Program-made: the position numbers and the translations under genes
Virus record (IMG/VR): IMGVR_UViG_3300043081_000027
DNA: 64,000 nucleotides
From: a virus
Direction: 5' to 3' (one strand)
Shown here: piece after piece, positions 61,829 through 64,000 of the stretch
How positions within the stretch are numbered: the stretch's first letter is position 1
How the letters are laid out: every line of letters starts with the position of its first letter
Notes under the pieces: model-generated
The model's input: only the letters and a program-made list of their open reading frames with translations
What the model was told of the DNA's origin: nothing
Database searches by the model: none

Positions 61829-62302
61829 TCAATCTCGTACAACATCAGGATTATCTTTTTTAGCAGCTTTACGAGCTTCTTTACGAGCTTGCTTTTCTGC
61901 TTCTTTCTCTGCGTCTTTAATAGCTTGATTCTCAGAACTTACTGTCAGAATTGCGGATTTAACTTTAACTAAGTCATTCCAAGATTCTTGTGGTAAATCA
62001 AATAAAGCTAGTAACGCATTCTTCTCTCGCACCCAAGCGTTAAAATATTCAACTAAAGAAAGATCTCCTTTGCCAGCATAGATAGATTTTTTATTACTTA
62101 CTCTATACTGGATAATTGCTTTAACAGCACTTACAAGAGGCATACCATATCCATAGATTTTAAACTCTACAGATTCATTATCCTTTCCTTTATTAACTAC
62201 TTTTGCTAAGTACAAATCGAACAAGCTACTAGCTTCATCCAACGATTTCAACGCAAAGTCATTACCTTTAATAATAATACCTTTTTGTTGAGATTCTGCC
62301 AT
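61829..62302 (-). CDS. hypothetical protein with basic C-terminus
   Basis: ORF. Confidence 0.4.
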   Translation of the reverse strand: MAESQQKGIIIKGNDFALKSLDEASSLFDLYLAKVVNKGKDNESVEFKIYGYGMPLVSAVKAIIQYRVSNKKSIYAGKGDLSLVEYFNAWVREKNALLALFDLPQESWNDLVKVKSAILTVSSENQAIKDAEKEAEKQARKEARKAAKKDNPDVVRD

Positions 62303-62303
62303 A

Positions 62304-62579
62304 TTAAAATTCTTTAAATAATACTGAATTAACTTTTATCTGCTCATGCCCAGCATAAATAAATCCCCAATGTAAGGATACTACAAATATGTTGAGAATA
62401 GGCACTAGTGAAGTTAGTACGAGAAATATTGCCAGTACAATAGGAAATTTAAACTTCCTATATACAGGTTGGTTATTCTCGTCCATATGATCTAAGAAAT
62501 AAGTTCTAAACAACAATAGATATGTTGAATAGAGGCAGGCAAAAACACAAACCCACCAAAGAATTATTCCAGCATTCAT
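62304..62579 (-). CDS. 2-TM small membrane protein (holin-like)
   Basis: TM segments IILWWVCVFACLYSTYLLLF and FPIVLAIFLVLTSLVPILNIFVVSL; 91 aa. Confidence 0.4.
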   Translation of the reverse strand: MNAGIILWWVCVFACLYSTYLLLFRTYFLDHMDENNQPVYRKFKFPIVLAIFLVLTSLVPILNIFVVSLHWGFIYAGHEQIKVNSVLFKEF

Positions 62580-62651
62580 AAGTTCAAGTTTTCACTGCTA
62601 AATAAACAACTGCAATAAATATTACTAAAATAAAAATTTTTAGTACTATCA

Positions 62652-63467
62652 TTACTTAACACCAATCATTAAATTAGTTCCATTAGTTCCAGTAAGAGTA
62701 GTAGGAAGTTTACCATCCCACTTCTCAATCCAGTCTTCCGCTACAATTCTTTCACTTAACGATTCAGCAATAGTACGATTGTAGTATGCTTCACCATCAG
62801 CTTTAATTCTCATAGCTTCAGCTTTTCCTTTAGCTTCTGCAATAGCTATTTTAGCATTTGCTTCAGCCTCTTTCACTTCATTTTCTGCTTTAAGAGATGC
62901 TTGAACAGCTCTATTCTTAGCATCAATCATTTCAGCTAATGCTGACGGAGGTGTAATTGCTGATGTAAATTCATCTACAATAAAGCCTTCTTTTTGCATA
63001 GAGATTTCCAAACGATGTCTTACATCGGCCTCAAATTGTGCTCTATGGGACATTAATGAATCTGAAGTATAAGCATTAGCACATGTTCTATATGCTTCAT
63101 ATATACAAGTGCGAATATAACCAGTTTCCAACTCCTCTATAGGCTTACGATACTTTCTAAAAATATCACAAGCTTTTGCAGGATTAATGTGGTATGCTAT
63201 TTGAGGATCCATTGTAAATGTGGACGCATCTTTAGCATTTACCGTAAATGGTTCATAGTGTTTTCTTTGTACAGTAATGGGATACGTAAATACAGATTCA
63301 GCCCAAGGCCAATAAAATACCCATCCACTACATGTTCCTTCTACACCACCATAATTTTCACTAGAGCTAGACCATTTATGAAACTTAATTCCTACAGATC
63401 CAGAATCTACAGCTGTACAACTAGTTAATGCAAGAATACTTGCAAATGCAAAATACTTAATTTTCAT
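62652..63467 (-). CDS. Lipoprotein with SPFH/Band-7 (HflK/C-prohibitin-like) domain
   Basis: Signal ILALTSCTAV; C-terminal alanine/lysine-rich coiled coil KAENEVKEAEANAKIAIAEAKGKAEAMRIKADGEAYYNRTIAE typical of SPFH proteins. Confidence 0.55.
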   Translation of the reverse strand: MKIKYFAFASILALTSCTAVDSGSVGIKFHKWSSSSENYGGVEGTCSGWVFYWPWAESVFTYPITVQRKHYEPFTVNAKDASTFTMDPQIAYHINPAKACDIFRKYRKPIEELETGYIRTCIYEAYRTCANAYTSDSLMSHRAQFEADVRHRLEISMQKEGFIVDEFTSAITPPSALAEMIDAKNRAVQASLKAENEVKEAEANAKIAIAEAKGKAEAMRIKADGEAYYNRTIAESLSERIVAEDWIEKWDGKLPTTLTGTNGTNLMIGVK

Positions 63468-63621
63468 TCTTCTTTAAATACTTAAATGTTCGTCGTCCTC
63501 TATCATCTTTATTGTACCACAATACAATACTTCCGTCATCTAGTACATCTACGTACGGTTCATAATACAATCCAAGAATTATCAAAACTCCTAGAATTGC
63601 TCCAATTAAACATACAATCAT
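63457..63621 (-). CDS. small single-TM protein (about 54 aa, MIVCLIGAILGVLIILGLYY...)
   Basis: Below the track threshold; its stop overlaps the start of the SPFH gene. Confidence 0.3.
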   Translation of the reverse strand: MIVCLIGAILGVLIILGLYYEPYVDVLDDGSIVLWYNKDDRGRRTFKYLKKNEN

Positions 63622-63744
63622 TTTCTTTTAACGCTACCAGGTCTTGTTGAAGCTGCTTGATCCTTGTTATTCAAACGATCCCAAGCTGCTTGGCGTGCTT
63701 TGAGGCGTGCAACCATTTTCTTGTACTTCATAAAACGAATTTAA

Positions 63745-64000
63745 TAAATTAGTTAATAATCTCATGACTTGCTTCTACAGCTAATCTATCACAATAGTTA
63801 TTCCAGTAAGTATGTTCTTTATCATCTTTCTGGTGTCCACGTATATGAACACCAGTAATATTAGGACATAGCTTACTAAGAGTTTCCCAATCCTTATCAA
63901 ATAATTGCCAAAGTTGTACATTTCTCTTTCTTTTGAAATTTTTGAATATACAACCTAAACAATATTCTGAATCAGAATAGATTGTAATGGATTCTACAGG
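63745..64000 (-). CDS. rnhA: RNase H (type 1), C-terminal part; the 5' end lies beyond the window
   Basis: ITIYSDSEY ... HIRGHQKDDKEHTYWNNYCDRLAVEA matches E. coli RNase HI TDSQY ... [20 protein letters not shown]. Confidence 0.75.

Noticed and set aside
63624-63737. 37-aa GC-rich basic ORF (MKYKKMVARLKARQAAWDRL...)
   Set aside because: Too short and without a recognisable motif; noted only because its GC resembles 48321..48878.
1-64000. tRNA (including a TAG suppressor), CRISPR arrays, rRNA
   Set aside because: No cloverleaf-like GC-rich 70-90 nt segment or repeat-spacer array could be recognised by eye in the few intergenic gaps. A suppressor tRNA is expected elsewhere in the genome, but it cannot be excluded here without tRNAscan.

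Overview
This window looks like about 64 kb of a Crassvirales-like (crAss-like) Bacteroidota phage genome. It is AT-rich and has two convergent transcription modules that meet at a hairpin terminator near nt 20.6 kb. (1) nt 1-20574, + strand, is a late module of four large genes. The six-frame track shatters them into short ORFs only because they contain dozens of in-frame TAG codons. Everywhere I traced codon by codon (1-4920, 12121-12900, 13681-14520 and gene 4 as far as about 17830, plus the 3' ends of the remaining track fragments), frame 1 is interrupted only by TAG, while TAA/TGA fall only at the four proposed gene ends; TAG therefore appears reassigned to a sense codon, probably Gln. 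One TAG restores the Q of a RecB-family QhxxY nuclease motif. This module holds a giant gene of about 3921 codons (2755..14520) carrying a beta-prime-like double-psi beta-barrel catalytic motif (RIPAQCMQSF...DYDID), i.e. a crAss-type virion RNA polymerase. It is followed by an HExxH-motif protein and by a 1654-codon protein with a RecB-family PD-(D/E)xK nuclease domain. (2) nt 20639-64000, - strand, is a standard-code replication and nucleotide-metabolism module: a T4 Dnk-like dNMP kinase, ThyX, a family A DNA polymerase, a full sigma-70-family sigma factor, an Rnl2/Rnl5-like RNA ligase next to an ATP-dependent DNA ligase, a dUTPase split by an apparent group I intron carrying an HNH homing endonuclease, a Dda-like SF1 helicase, NrdG, an NrdD carrying a LAGLIDADG intein, a metallophosphoesterase, a HAD-family nucleotidase, a TOPRIM primase, two SSB-like acidic-tail proteins, a P-loop ATPase, a DnaB-like helicase, an SF2 helicase, a membrane/lysis-like cluster (spanin-like overlapping pair, holin-like protein, SPFH lipoprotein) and a partial RNase H. 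The most unusual item is a roughly 341-codon homing-endonuclease-like gene (51195..52220, - strand) inside this otherwise TAG-free early module. It is interrupted 11 times by TAG only, so it appears to need the same TAG suppression as the late genes. No tRNA, CRISPR array or rRNA could be recognised by eye. No database search could be run, so every functional call rests on motifs I could read in the translations. My own computed coordinates (not taken from the ORF track) may be off by 1-2 nt.
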